Shown: in pieces, positions 20,091 through 29,722 of the stretch
Layout: every line of letters starts with the position of its first letter
Position numbering within the stretch: the stretch's first letter is position 1
NCBI GenBank assembly: GCA_012034805.1
Contig: JAAUOP010000003.1
Location: forward strand, 6,455-70,454
DNA from: Synechococcales cyanobacterium CRU_2_2
GTDB lineage: Bacteria > Cyanobacteriota > Cyanobacteriia > PCC-9006 > JAAUQQ01
Length of the DNA stretch: 64,000 nucleotides
Reading direction: 5' to 3'
Notes under the pieces: generated by a model
Database searches by the model: none
What the model saw: the letters and a program-made list of their open reading frames with translations, nothing else
Told to the model about the DNA's origin: nothing
Position numbers and translations under genes: made by a program

Positions 20091-20615
20091 ATGTTACAGC
20101 GAGATCAATTCGAACTTTTGAGCGCCTACTTAGATGGCGAAGTGACCGCCGCCGAGCGTCGTCAGGTGGAAGAGCTGTTGAGCCATGACGAGAAGTCTCA
20201 ACAGCTCTACGCGCGCCTGCTACATCTTCGCGATGGCTTTCAGGGGCTCCCGCTGACGGCCTCGCAGCCCGTGGACGATACAGTCGCCCAGGTCATGAGC
20301 CGTTTAGAGCAGCATCGTCCGGCTCGTCGGGCTTGGATCCTGGGCGGTGGAGCGATCGCAGCAGCAGCAGTGGCAGCGATGACGGGTCTCTTTGGCCCTT
20401 CTCCCGTCGGTCAGTTTGCCCAGAGGCCGGTTCCAGGTTCGCCCACAACGATTGATCCGGTGTTTCGGCCTGATGAGTCTGGGATCGCGGCATCTCCCCA
20501 GGCGATCGCGGTTTTCATTCCCGAGGAAACCTCCAGCCCCGCCAGCCCCGCCAGCGCCCATCAAACTGAGCTCTCGGTTTCCATCAACGAGCCTGTGCTA
20601 CCGGGGATGGACTAA
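20091..20615 (+). CDS. anti-sigma factor (single-pass membrane)
   Basis: Starts at ATG 20091 inside track ORF 19959..20615. The N-terminus MLQRDQFELLSAYLDGEVTAAERRQVEELL is typical of anti-sigma N-terminal domains. A TM helix AWILGGGAIAAAAVAAMTGLF follows. The gene lies immediately downstream of the ECF sigma gene. Confidence 0.6.
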   Translation: MLQRDQFELLSAYLDGEVTAAERRQVEELLSHDEKSQQLYARLLHLRDGFQGLPLTASQPVDDTVAQVMSRLEQHRPARRAWILGGGAIAAAAVAAMTGLFGPSPVGQFAQRPVPGSPTTIDPVFRPDESGIAASPQAIAVFIPEETSSPASPASAHQTELSVSINEPVLPGMD

Positions 20616-20688
20616 AATGTTAGGTCGGGGCAAGCTGCACTCGCCCCGACCGGATTGATGATTACGGTCTCAATCTAGTCCGCGTTCC

Positions 20689-21798
20689 CTAGCCGTTGCC
20701 AAACCCTGCGGGGTCGATTTCCCCTTGGCGACAGTCTCGCCGAGCCCGAGGTGCAGCCTGAAGCAGGTCACGGATGGGCGTATTGGGTTCAATTTTGCCC
20801 TTGAGGTTCAGCCACAGCTCCACCACCATAATCTCTTGGTTCTCATCCGGATCCCGCGCACATTTGACCGCAATCTTCTCACCGGCCAGGGTGCCGAAGG
20901 ATTCGTTAAAGGCCTGTTGGATTTCGGTGTCGGTGAGCAGAAAGTTGATGTTGCTGGCCAGCAGCGTTTGCACATCCGAGCGATTGACTTGGTCGAGTAG
21001 GGCGATCGACTCCTGGAAATACTCCTCTGGTGTGTTGCTATAGCAAGTGCCGTGCTTATACCATTCATGGCGGTCGAGATTCGACGCCATTCCTGGCATC
21101 CGTGTTTCTAGGGCCTGGCGCGTTGCCGCTGATAACTCCAGTGGCGGTAGTTCAGACCAGCGGCGGTCTTTGTCCAGTTGAATGAGGCGATCGCTCACCC
21201 CGCAATAGGCCTTCTCCTGGGGTTGGGGCCAGAGGCCATGGAGAACGAGGTTGCCGGCATCAAAGCGATCGTCCGTCTGACTCACACATTCTGGCTTGCT
21301 AGGCTTGGTCTCACAAAACGACGGTTGCCAACTCAACGCCAACAAAAACTCCCCTGCCTGAGAACTTTGCCCGTTGGCAGGATTGCTAGGTTGGGTGGCG
21401 GGTGGTTTGGGCAGGTTCGGATTGGGTTTGGGTTTGGGATTAACTGGATCTGTTGGCTGGGGTTTCGGAGGATTGGCAGGTTGGGGTGTCGAGCTATTCG
21501 ATCGCAGCTGACCACAGCTGGTGGAGACCCAGCGGGACTCTGGCTTCGCCCCCACAACTCGAATCATATAGTGAGTGGCGGCTTTGCGATTTTTGCCGAC
21601 TACTTCGTAGGCGGCTTGGGGCTTGAGGGTGATATTGCCCGGATTGGTGCGCTTTTGAATCGACTGCAACGCCTCACAGGTTTCCCCCGCCACGAATTGA
21701 CCTGAGGCCGTTTCAAAGGCCTGCACCGGCGCTGCGCCCCAGATGACTGCATTTAGTAGTAGTACCAACAATAACGAAAAAGATTTGAAGTTCAGCAT
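20689..21798 (-). CDS. secreted ribonuclease T2 family protein with an N-terminal extra domain and a Pro-rich linker
   Basis: CAS I (VLHGLWPQ) and CAS II (RHEWYKHGTCYS) active-site blocks are present. Signal peptide MLNFKSFSLLLVLLLNAVIWGAAPVQA from ATG 21798. The linker is PQPANPPKPQPTDPVNPKPKPNPNLPKPP. Confidence 0.8.
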   Translation of the reverse strand: MLNFKSFSLLLVLLLNAVIWGAAPVQAFETASGQFVAGETCEALQSIQKRTNPGNITLKPQAAYEVVGKNRKAATHYMIRVVGAKPESRWVSTSCGQLRSNSSTPQPANPPKPQPTDPVNPKPKPNPNLPKPPATQPSNPANGQSSQAGEFLLALSWQPSFCETKPSKPECVSQTDDRFDAGNLVLHGLWPQPQEKAYCGVSDRLIQLDKDRRWSELPPLELSAATRQALETRMPGMASNLDRHEWYKHGTCYSNTPEEYFQESIALLDQVNRSDVQTLLASNINFLLTDTEIQQAFNESFGTLAGEKIAVKCARDPDENQEIMVVELWLNLKGKIEPNTPIRDLLQAAPRARRDCRQGEIDPAGFGNG

Positions 21799-21845
21799 GA
21801 GTTTACTCTGTTGGGGCTTGAGTTCTGTCGGGGTTGATTTGTTCC

Positions 21846-22391
21846 TCAGGGACGATCGCCTTCGCAATCCGGTTCCTCGCAAGCAGCAATACTCACCCAT
21901 TCGCTCGACCCATCTTGCCAATGTTCCTTCTTCCAAATGGGGGCGTTGTGTTTAAGGGTGTCGATTGCAAACTGACAAGCCGCGAAGGCCTCGCTCCGAT
22001 GGGGACTGCCCACTGCGACGAGGACACTCATCTCACCGATTTTGAGTTGCCCTGTGCGATGGTGAATGACCACGCGATTAATCTCGGGCCATTGTTGGCG
22101 AATCTCCTGGGAAATTTGGCGGAAAATGTTCAACGCCATCGGTTCATAGGCCTGATATTCTAGCGATCGCACCGGTCTACCAGCGGTTTGATTACGCACG
22201 GTTCCGCTCATAATCACAATCGCCCCATTGGCCGGATCGTCCGCAAGCCGATAGACTTCGTCGTAGGATAGCGGCGCAAACTTGAGCGCAAACACATCGA
22301 CCAGAACTTGATCTTTTGATTGCTCTTTTAATTGCTCTTTTTGCTGATCTTTCGGTTGATTTCCCAATTGATCTTCAAGGCTAATTCCCAT
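21846..22391 (-). CDS. moaE: molybdopterin synthase catalytic subunit MoaE
   Basis: GAIVIMSGTVRNQTAGRPVRSLEYQAYEPMA...VIHHRTGQLKIGEMSVLVAVGSPHRSEAFAACQFAIDTLKHNAPIWKKE. Confidence 0.85.
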   Translation of the reverse strand: MGISLEDQLGNQPKDQQKEQLKEQSKDQVLVDVFALKFAPLSYDEVYRLADDPANGAIVIMSGTVRNQTAGRPVRSLEYQAYEPMALNIFRQISQEIRQQWPEINRVVIHHRTGQLKIGEMSVLVAVGSPHRSEAFAACQFAIDTLKHNAPIWKKEHWQDGSSEWVSIAACEEPDCEGDRP

Positions 22392-22418
22392 GGCTTGCTC
22401 TCCAGAATTGCTCCTTCG

Positions 22419-23438
22419 TTATCGACCACCACCAATCAGATAAAGCAGTGCCATTCGCACAGCAACCCCGTTGCTCACCTGCTGTGGAATCAGACTCAAA
22501 ACTGGGTCATCCATCAGATCCGAATTCAACTCCACACCGCGATTCACCGGGCCGGGGTGGAGCACTTTGACGTGGGGTTTGCACAGTTTGAGGCGATCGC
22601 GCGTAATGCCAAACCGCTGGTGATATTCCCGCAAACTGGGGAGTAAATGCTGAGCCATGCGCTCTTTTTGGAGCCGCAATGTCATCACAAAATCGGCGTT
22701 TTCGAGCGCGGGTTCTAGTTGCCAATGCACAAAAATCTGGCGTTCCAATTCCGGCATGGCCGAGCGTGAGGCGTTGACGTCGGCCTGGGCATAGTCGGCA
22801 AACTCGCGGGGCAATAGGGTCGGTGGCCCCGCCAAATGAACCTCTGCCCCCGCTGCGGTCAAGCTCCAAATATTCGATCGCGCCACCCGTGAATGCAAAA
22901 TATCCCCCACGATCGCGATCTTTTGGCCTCGTAACAACTCCACCCGAGGGTTTGGGGGATCGAGCAGCGAGCAAATCGTATACAAATCCAGCAGCGCTTG
23001 GGAGGGATGCTCGTGCTGACCATCTCCGGCATTGAGCACCCGGACATTGGTGCCGAGGCGATCCATTTCGTTGGCGATCGCCTGGGGCACTCCCGATTCC
23101 TGGTGACGAATCACCATAATGTCGGTTCCCATCGCCAAATAAGCTTTGGCCGTATCCAAAATCGTCTCGCCTTTGGCGAGCGAAGACGAACCTGGCGCAA
23201 AATTGAGCGTATCTGCCGAAAGCCGCTTGGCCGCTAGTTCGAAGCTGTTGCGCGTCCGCGTCGAAGGTTCAAAAAATAGGTTTGTCACCACCTGTCCTTG
23301 CAGTGTGGGAACCTTTTTGTTGCGGCGGGTCAGGACTTCCGAAAAGCTCGCGGCAGTTTGTAGCACCGTGTCGTAATCCTCGGGGAAAAAGTCAGCCAGG
23401 GAAATAACGTGGCGACGAGTCCAGGCGGTGGTCAGCAT
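22419..23438 (-). CDS. pyrB: aspartate carbamoyltransferase catalytic subunit
   Basis: [32 protein letters not shown] and HPGPVNRG motifs are present in a full-length 339-aa ORF. Confidence 0.95.
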   Translation of the reverse strand: MLTTAWTRRHVISLADFFPEDYDTVLQTAASFSEVLTRRNKKVPTLQGQVVTNLFFEPSTRTRNSFELAAKRLSADTLNFAPGSSSLAKGETILDTAKAYLAMGTDIMVIRHQESGVPQAIANEMDRLGTNVRVLNAGDGQHEHPSQALLDLYTICSLLDPPNPRVELLRGQKIAIVGDILHSRVARSNIWSLTAAGAEVHLAGPPTLLPREFADYAQADVNASRSAMPELERQIFVHWQLEPALENADFVMTLRLQKERMAQHLLPSLREYHQRFGITRDRLKLCKPHVKVLHPGPVNRGVELNSDLMDDPVLSLIPQQVSNGVAVRMALLYLIGGGR

Positions 23439-23494
23439 CGGGTAGTCAGCATGGGGTGGTCAGCATGGGGTGGTCAGCATTGAGTCGTCAGCAT
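23425..23494. repeat. 14-bp tandem repeat x5 duplicating the pyrB start (ATGCTGACCACCCC)
   Basis: The minus strand reads ATGCTGACGACTCA ATGCTGACCACCCC ATGCTGACCACCCC ATGCTGACTACCCG ATGCTGACCACCGCC(pyrB). The four upstream ATGs (23494, 23480, 23466, 23452) each open a 6-codon ORF MLTT(Q/P/P/R)C*. Confidence 0.9.
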
Positions 23495-23638
23495 TAAATT
23501 TTGCACGGAACAGGAAGGGTCAGCTTTGAATCTATAGGTAAGGGAGAGGACACCTGACGCGATTTCGGTGGAAGCTGGCGATCGCCACGCCCTTTCTCAT
23601 CCGGCTAACTCTTTGCAATCGCCCTCCAGTATCCCACA

Positions 23639-24178
23639 ATGACTTCCCCCGTTCGATCGCTCTTGGGTTTGCTGTTGCTGTTGTCTACTAGCAGTTGCGC
23701 GTTGGTCAGCGCCCAGGTTTCCAATCCCCAGCCCCAGAACCTTGAGGAGTCGCCTTCACCGGCTCAGGGGGTCGCCCAGACTCAAAACGCGCCGATTGGC
23801 CGCCCCGATCGCCAACTCAGTTCGGTGGATATGACCAGCATCAGCGTGTTTGAGCTGGATAATCAGTGCGATAAGTTTGTCGGCAAGGTCGTGAAGCTCC
23901 CTCGAGAGACGGCCCTTAACCAAGCCGTCGGCCAAGCGATTCAAGCGAGTTCCACCCTAGATCTTGACCTCGCCGGTTACCGGGTGATCGATGGGCCAGG
24001 GTTTGGGGAGGTGACCGTAGATTTTCGGATTGCACCCCAGGCCAAGCGATCGCTCCAATCCCTGTCGATCTGCGAAGGCCTCTCCCTTTATGGCTCGATT
24101 CGTCGCACCCTCATCAACAACGGTCAATTTGGCTTGACTCAGGTACGCTTTACGCTGGCGGGGCAGGAATTGCGCTAG
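23639..24178 (+). CDS. secreted/lipoprotein, GerMN-like domain suspected
   Basis: Signal peptide with Cys (LLLLSTSSCALVSA). The body (ISVFELDNQCDKFVGKVVKLPRETALNQAVGQAIQ...VTVDFRIAP) resembles GerMN-domain proteins. The assignment is weak. Confidence 0.4.
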   Translation: MTSPVRSLLGLLLLLSTSSCALVSAQVSNPQPQNLEESPSPAQGVAQTQNAPIGRPDRQLSSVDMTSISVFELDNQCDKFVGKVVKLPRETALNQAVGQAIQASSTLDLDLAGYRVIDGPGFGEVTVDFRIAPQAKRSLQSLSICEGLSLYGSIRRTLINNGQFGLTQVRFTLAGQELR

Positions 24179-24306
24179 GGGAAAGGGTCGTTGGGCGTGG
24201 GCGATCCCTGTAACAAAGCGCAAGAAATGCCCCCAAGACCCGGAAAGTTAGTGACAATAAACGGGGAGATCAAGCCACACCAGCAAATAACGGATGGAGC
24301 CCATCG

Positions 24307-24429
24307 ATGGATATCAAGCTGATTTTGGTCGGACTGACCTTTGTTTTCTTGGCGACCACGCTCTTTTTTGGCACCAAGAATGGTTTCTATGATTCAGACC
24401 ACTACCACGGTAATGGCTCGGCCCATTAG
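24307..24429 (+). CDS. small (40 aa) predicted single-pass membrane protein
   Basis: My translation is MDIKLILVGLTFVFLATTLFFGTKNGFYDSDHYHGNGSAH*. It has a clear hydrophobic helix plus a polar tail, and is not in the ORF track (<60 aa). Family not recognised. Confidence 0.3.
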   Translation: MDIKLILVGLTFVFLATTLFFGTKNGFYDSDHYHGNGSAH

Positions 24430-24687
24430 CTCTGGCCAAAGCTCTGGCCTCTGCTCGGGATGGCAACAGCCGTTTGGCATTGCAAGAGTACAAAAAATTG
24501 GTGTCCGACCTGGATGTCTTTCTTCAGTTGATTCCCTGAGGAATGGGAATTGAATGGCACCGCAGTTCATCCATCGTAGCCCTCAACCCAACCTACGGGG
24601 CCTCGGAACCAGGGGATCAAGGCCATCGTCAAATTTCTCAGCTCCGCGCATACTGGAGAGATTGGTTGTGCTCTGGGTCTGCGATGT

Positions 24688-26070
24688 TTGGGCTTCGATT
24701 TTTTGCCTGTGGCTTTTTTGCCTGTGACTGTATCTTTTGATCTCGCTGATTTGCGTCGGCGCTCTGGCCGTTTAACGCCGTTTCAGTGGACGGTGTATGG
24801 CCTGGTGTCGTTTTTTGGACATGGAGCCTTGCTGCTGCTGTTTTACAGCTTGTCCCAGGGGCCGGGGGGCGATCGCGCCCAAAACGCTGGCCCCCAATCA
24901 ATCGACTGGATCGAAGTTTCATCCGCAGAATTGCTTGCGAGGGTTGCGCCGCCCTTGTCCTCTTCAGTGCCTGACGTGGCCCCTGATTTGCCCCCATCGT
25001 CGATCGCCGCTGCAGCCGACGCCAGTGCCCAAACTGCTCTTCAGGAATCGAGAGAAGCGGGGGAGACTCCCGATTCCAAAGCTTCTGCAGACGCGACAGC
25101 CGAGTTAAATCGCCGTGAGGCTGGGGCCAGCAGCGGTGATCGGGTGCGCCCAGTGCTGGAGGATTCTGTGGGCGATCGCTCCAATAATCACCCCACGAAT
25201 CACCCCAACAACCTATTTAAAAATCCACTCCAAGGACTAAGCCGCCGGATCACGCCCGCTGAGCCCACCGACGCCCCAGCTGAAAATCCTGCCGAGAATC
25301 CTCCCGTCGAGAATTCTGCCGAGAATCCCGCCGAAACTTCTCCCGTCGAGAATTCTGCCGAGAATCCTCCTGCCGAGAATACCCCCAACGAACCAACGAA
25401 TCCACCGATCTCAACGCCATCCGAATCCGTTCCCACTGGCCCGGATACCCCCAGTCCCGAGCAGGGAACACTCGACCCCCTGCCCAGTGCTGAACCTGGG
25501 CCAGTAGATTCTGGCAGCCCAGTAGATTCTGGCAGCCCAACGGATTCCGGCGAGTCCACTGCTTCCGGTGGTTCCACATCAACCAACCTGTCTCCGCTGA
25601 ATCCAACTCTGCCCCGACCCGGTGTGGGTTCAACGGTGCGCACTGGCGAACCAGACACCGCGCCCCAACCGCCGACTTCACCCTCTCAAGCACAAGGAAC
25701 TGCCGTGACGGTTGAGGGCGTCGATATTCAGGTATTGGAAGCGGAGACTTGGGATATCCACGCTAATCGAGATCAGCCACAACGCTTTGCTCAATTCGTG
25801 CCGGGAGGCTCGGGCTGCCCGATCGCCCCAGACGAGCAATTGGCCACGAACCTGAATCAGGCCGTGCAATTTATGTTGATCATCACCGCTCAAGGGCAGG
25901 TCGAAACCGTCAACCTCTTTGTCCCACCCAATCCACCCATTAGCTCGGCCTATGCCAATGCGCTGGATTGCCAGCTACGGGCCGCGCGGTTCTCACCTGC
26001 TCTGCAGGAAAACAAGCCGACTTTTGGCCATGTTGTAGTCAACGCCTCAATCCGGGGCAGAGTCAACTGA
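24688..26070 (+). CDS. proline-rich membrane-anchored protein, TonB-like architecture
   Basis: N-terminal TM (WTVYGLVSFFGHGALLLLFYSL). A long Pro/Glu/Asn-rich spacer carries repeats (ENPAENPPVENSAENPAETSPVENSAENPPAEN). The C-terminal ~90-aa globular domain ends ...TFGHVVVNASIRGRV. The start codon is uncertain (TTG at 24688). Confidence 0.4.
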   Translation: MGFDFLPVAFLPVTVSFDLADLRRRSGRLTPFQWTVYGLVSFFGHGALLLLFYSLSQGPGGDRAQNAGPQSIDWIEVSSAELLARVAPPLSSSVPDVAPDLPPSSIAAAADASAQTALQESREAGETPDSKASADATAELNRREAGASSGDRVRPVLEDSVGDRSNNHPTNHPNNLFKNPLQGLSRRITPAEPTDAPAENPAENPPVENSAENPAETSPVENSAENPPAENTPNEPTNPPISTPSESVPTGPDTPSPEQGTLDPLPSAEPGPVDSGSPVDSGSPTDSGESTASGGSTSTNLSPLNPTLPRPGVGSTVRTGEPDTAPQPPTSPSQAQGTAVTVEGVDIQVLEAETWDIHANRDQPQRFAQFVPGGSGCPIAPDEQLATNLNQAVQFMLIITAQGQVETVNLFVPPNPPISSAYANALDCQLRAARFSPALQENKPTFGHVVVNASIRGRVN

Positions 26071-27387
26071 TGGCGATGGGGCAGGGGAGAGAGAAGATTC
26101 GGATGGAGCCGTGCCGCTGACAGACGCCAACAGGGTCTCGACTAAGGCATACAAATCACCTTCCGATTGTCCGGCCAGAATTTTGCCCTTAAGGTCGATC
26201 AGCCCCCGAGTCAGTTCGTCCAGCTGGGCGGCATCTGGGCCATAGGCCGTGTTGGCCGCCAAGAAGTCCTGAAAGACGGTTTGCTCAATCTCTTGGCGCG
26301 ACAAATTCTCGCGGTGGGCGATCGCCGTGACATATTCGGTGCCCGTGACCTCGTATTTGAGCAAAAAATCAGCGCTTCACTCTGAGCTTTGAGTGTTTCT
26401 TGGAGCTGACGCACGTTGAGATCAAGGCGATTGAAGCCGACTTGGCCGCGCAGGCGGAGCTCGACGATCGCCGCTTGGGTTTTGCCCTGGGCCACGGCCT
26501 GCTGGAGCTGGGCGATCGCCGCCCGTTCCAAGTCCGCCAAACTCCAGCTTTTCTTGGCCTCCACCACCAGCCGCAGAATGGCTCGTTGCTGGTAGTCCTG
26601 CTTGAGATCTGCCTCAATTTTGCGATCGCCGATAGTCACCAGATAGGCCCCGCGCGCGATCTGCTCACGGGATTCTGCCACGCTGTTGGCTTCCAAAGAG
26701 CCGGGATTAAAAATCCAGTCTTCGACTTCGTAGTTTTTGTGGATGTGCCCCAGGGCCAGATAATCGACACCCGCCGCCCGCAGCGGCTCGAGTTCTTGGT
26801 ATTTCAGTGCGCCACTATAGCGCGCGATTTGGCCTTCCAAGCCGTGGTGCAGCATCATGACCGTCTGCCCCGATGCCTGGGGCAGATGGCCGATGCTTTG
26901 CGCCAGGTGAGCGAGTGCCTTGGGTGCGGATGCTCCATACCAGCGGGAGCCCAATACCCGCACGCCGCAATCCAAATCCACGTAACCGCCGCGCTTGCGA
27001 TCCGGATCCCAGGGCTGAAAAACCTGCTCAGGAGACTCGCCATCGTCCGGCTCCAGCAGCATCAGCCAGCCCCAATCCGAGAGGTAGCGCAGCCAGCTGG
27101 TGCGGGTGCCGTAGGGCAGATTGTCGTGGTTGCCTTCGATCGCAATCACCGGAATCTTAGCTTCTCGCAGGGGTTCTAGGGCCAGCTGAGCCTGGTTTAA
27201 GATCGCGGGTAAAACATTTTTGTATTCAAATAGGTCTCCGGCAATGAGGACAAAATCCACTGCTGCCTCGATGGCGTAGCGCAGGATGACGTCCTCAAAG
27301 GCCTCAAAAAAATCTCGGGTTCGATCGCGATTGTCGTAGCGATGAACCCAAAGATGAAATATCCGCAATGTGCAAAAAACGAGCCAT
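26047..27387 (-). pseudogene. sbcD: SbcD/Mre11-like DNA repair exonuclease (metallophosphoesterase); two frame breaks (T/A runs at 27357-27359 and 26363-26368)
   Basis: The true N-terminus from ATG 27387 is MARFLHIADI, and the frame then slips. Removing one T gives DIHLWVHRYDN..., which restores motif I (DxH). Downstream motifs are DFVLIAGDLFE and AIEGNHD. The C-terminal part continues in ORF 26047..26364 (LLKYEVTGTEYVTAIAHRENL...). One insertion plus one deletion is consistent with the 1341-nt (3n) span. Confidence 0.75.
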
Positions 27388-27402
27388 GGAACCAGCAGGC
27401 GG

Positions 27403-28389
27403 TTAACCCGCGACGTATTCGCTAATCATGCTGCGACGACGGCGGAGCTGGTCGAGGGCCTGACGCTCGAGCTGGCGCACGCGCTCACGGCTGAGGTTCA
27501 TGCGATCGCCCACCTTCGCCAAGGACAGGGTTTTACCATCATCGAGGCCATAACGCAGCATCAGCACATTCTGCTGTTGGGGCGTCAGCTCGGACAGCAA
27601 CGAAGCCAAGTCTTGTTTCATCGCCAGATTCCAAGTGTACTCCTCGGGGGAAGCATTCTCGTCCTCTAGCAAATCCCGCAGCTCGGTATCCTGGTTGTCG
27701 CCCACGCGAATGTCCAGGGAAATGGGCTGGCGCGCCATCTGCAAGTATTCACGCACCTGCTCGGGCTCCATCTCTAGCTCCGTGGCCAGCTCCGCTGCGG
27801 TTGCCGAGCGACCCAGGCTTTGGGAGAGAATCCGTTGGGCCTTTTTGATTTTATTGAGCTTTTCGGTGATGTGGATGGGTAGGCGGATGGTGCGGGCGTG
27901 CTGGGCGATCGCCCGAGTAATCGCCTGACGAATCCACCAATAGGCATAGGTGGAAAACTTATAACCCTTGGTGGGATCGAACTTTTCAACACCGCGCTCT
28001 AGGCCAATGGAGCCCTCTTGGATCAGATCCAAAAACTCCAAATTGCGCTTTTGATATTTCTTCGCGATGGAAACCACAAGGCGCAGATTGGCTTCAATCA
28101 TCTTGCGCTTCGCCCGCTGGCCTTGGAAAAGCTGCTGCTTGAGCTGCTTGACGCTCAGCCCAACCGCTTCAGCCCACTCCGCGTCGGTGGGCTCGCGATC
28201 GAGGGTTGCGGCCAGAACATCACGGCGCTGGTTGAGCGCCATCAGCTGCTGTACCAGCTTGCCAAAAATAATCTCTTCTTCGTGGGTCAGCAGGGGCACC
28301 CGACCAATCTCATGCAGATAGGTGCGCACCATATCGGTGTTGAGGGGAGAGCGGGAGCCAGAGGTAGATTTTGTCGGCATGGTTTGCAA
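27403..28389 (-). CDS. group-2 RNA polymerase sigma factor (RpoD/SigA-like, SigB-E class)
   Basis: [77 protein letters not shown] and the region 4.2 block [25 protein letters not shown] are present. Confidence 0.9.
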   Translation of the reverse strand: MQTMPTKSTSGSRSPLNTDMVRTYLHEIGRVPLLTHEEEIIFGKLVQQLMALNQRRDVLAATLDREPTDAEWAEAVGLSVKQLKQQLFQGQRAKRKMIEANLRLVVSIAKKYQKRNLEFLDLIQEGSIGLERGVEKFDPTKGYKFSTYAYWWIRQAITRAIAQHARTIRLPIHITEKLNKIKKAQRILSQSLGRSATAAELATELEMEPEQVREYLQMARQPISLDIRVGDNQDTELRDLLEDENASPEEYTWNLAMKQDLASLLSELTPQQQNVLMLRYGLDDGKTLSLAKVGDRMNLSRERVRQLERQALDQLRRRRSMISEYVAG

Positions 28390-29245
28390 CGGACTCCTTA
28401 GCTGAATGGAAACAGTGAGCTGCTGAACTCATCAGTGTGTCTAGGGAAACGCCGAACAGCGGCTGAAGAACGGGGCTAGAAAGACCCCAGACCGAGCCGT
28501 GACCCAACGCCAGCATTCGGGTAACAAGGTAATCAAAACGGCTAGCACCCTGAGGAAACAGCGCGCAAAATGGTGTAACCCAGATGACGATCGCTCAAAA
28601 CAGCGAATACCAAAAACAGCACTGCACCTAGGAATAGGAAGACACCTAGCCTCTAGGGCTAGTGAAGCGTGAATCAAGCGTTTCGGCAAGGACAAAGTAA
28701 TCGGTATCTAATCTCACACTCTCATTGTCCTAGCGACCTCAGTACCCTGAACCTGCTATCTCAGAACTGTTATGACTTTACTGCTCACATCCTATTACGG
28801 TCCTAGGGAGCGGTAAAGGTGTGGTGAGCCGAAGACGAGAGGGGAAAACCCGAAAGCGATGGGAGTTGAATCCATGCAGCTGATGTTGGTGTTGGGTGGG
28901 CGAACAATCGGTGGGTAGATGTGAGCGATCGGTGACCGACTAGATCTACGCGCGGGCCGAGTAATTGGATTGAATGGAGCGGATTGAATGGAGCAGATTG
29001 ATCTGGGCGGGCCGAAGGACGAGTACTGGATGTGGTGTTGGATAGTCTAAAGACGAAAAAGCGATAGCAAGGGTTCCGGCTCTGGGCTTTTTTTGAGAGA
29101 ACTGCCGTGAGGAGGGGGAAAGGGCGATCGCCAACCCAGTCAGCTGCTTAAAAAAGCCCTTAGTAAAGAGGGGGTGAAGCAAATTAGTGTATTACACATG
29201 CTACGCGAGAGCACTTTGCTTGGCAAGGCCCATCAGAACCGCACA

Positions 29246-29656
29246 TCAAAAATACTCGTCATTAAAGAACGTGCCCTCGCCATCGTTGTTATCAGCACAA
29301 AACGGGGCTTGTTTACCACGCCATGGCGGCTTGGGGTTGGGTTTTTGCACCACGACCTGGCCGTCTGTGCCAGCCTCCTCAAGGTATTGGGCAGCGATCG
29401 TCACACATTCATCCCGGCCCAAATTGGGGTCGCCAGTGTCAATCTGAATCCGCTGGCCATCGAAGATTTCCTCTCGAGTAACTTTATAGGCCGATTCCTT
29501 TGGCTGGGGTGAGGCGGTCTGATTTTCTATCGGCGTGCCGTTCGTTGCAGCGTTATTCGTCGTCGCGTTTGTCTGCGTTGTTTTCTGTGTCGTTTTCTGT
29601 GTCGTTTTCTGGGGCTGGGATTGGGCCACTTGCTCCTTCGACGAGCCTCGCATCAT
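29246..29656 (-). CDS. hypothetical protein (possibly the C-terminal part of a larger frame-broken gene with 29723..30145)
   Basis: ORF with a (KTTQ)3 repeat and a C-terminal domain ...GDPNLGRDECVTIAAQYLEEAGTDGQVVVQKPNPKPPWRGKQAPFCADNNDGEGTFFNDEYF. It has no signal peptide of its own. A TM helix is encoded in a third frame just upstream. Confidence 0.3.
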   Translation of the reverse strand: MMRGSSKEQVAQSQPQKTTQKTTQKTTQTNATTNNAATNGTPIENQTASPQPKESAYKVTREEIFDGQRIQIDTGDPNLGRDECVTIAAQYLEEAGTDGQVVVQKPNPKPPWRGKQAPFCADNNDGEGTFFNDEYF

Positions 29657-29722
29657 AACCTAGGTTCCACAACAACGTCAGCAAGACAATCCCAGCAAAG
29701 GCTCTGCCTGCCAACAGGGGCG

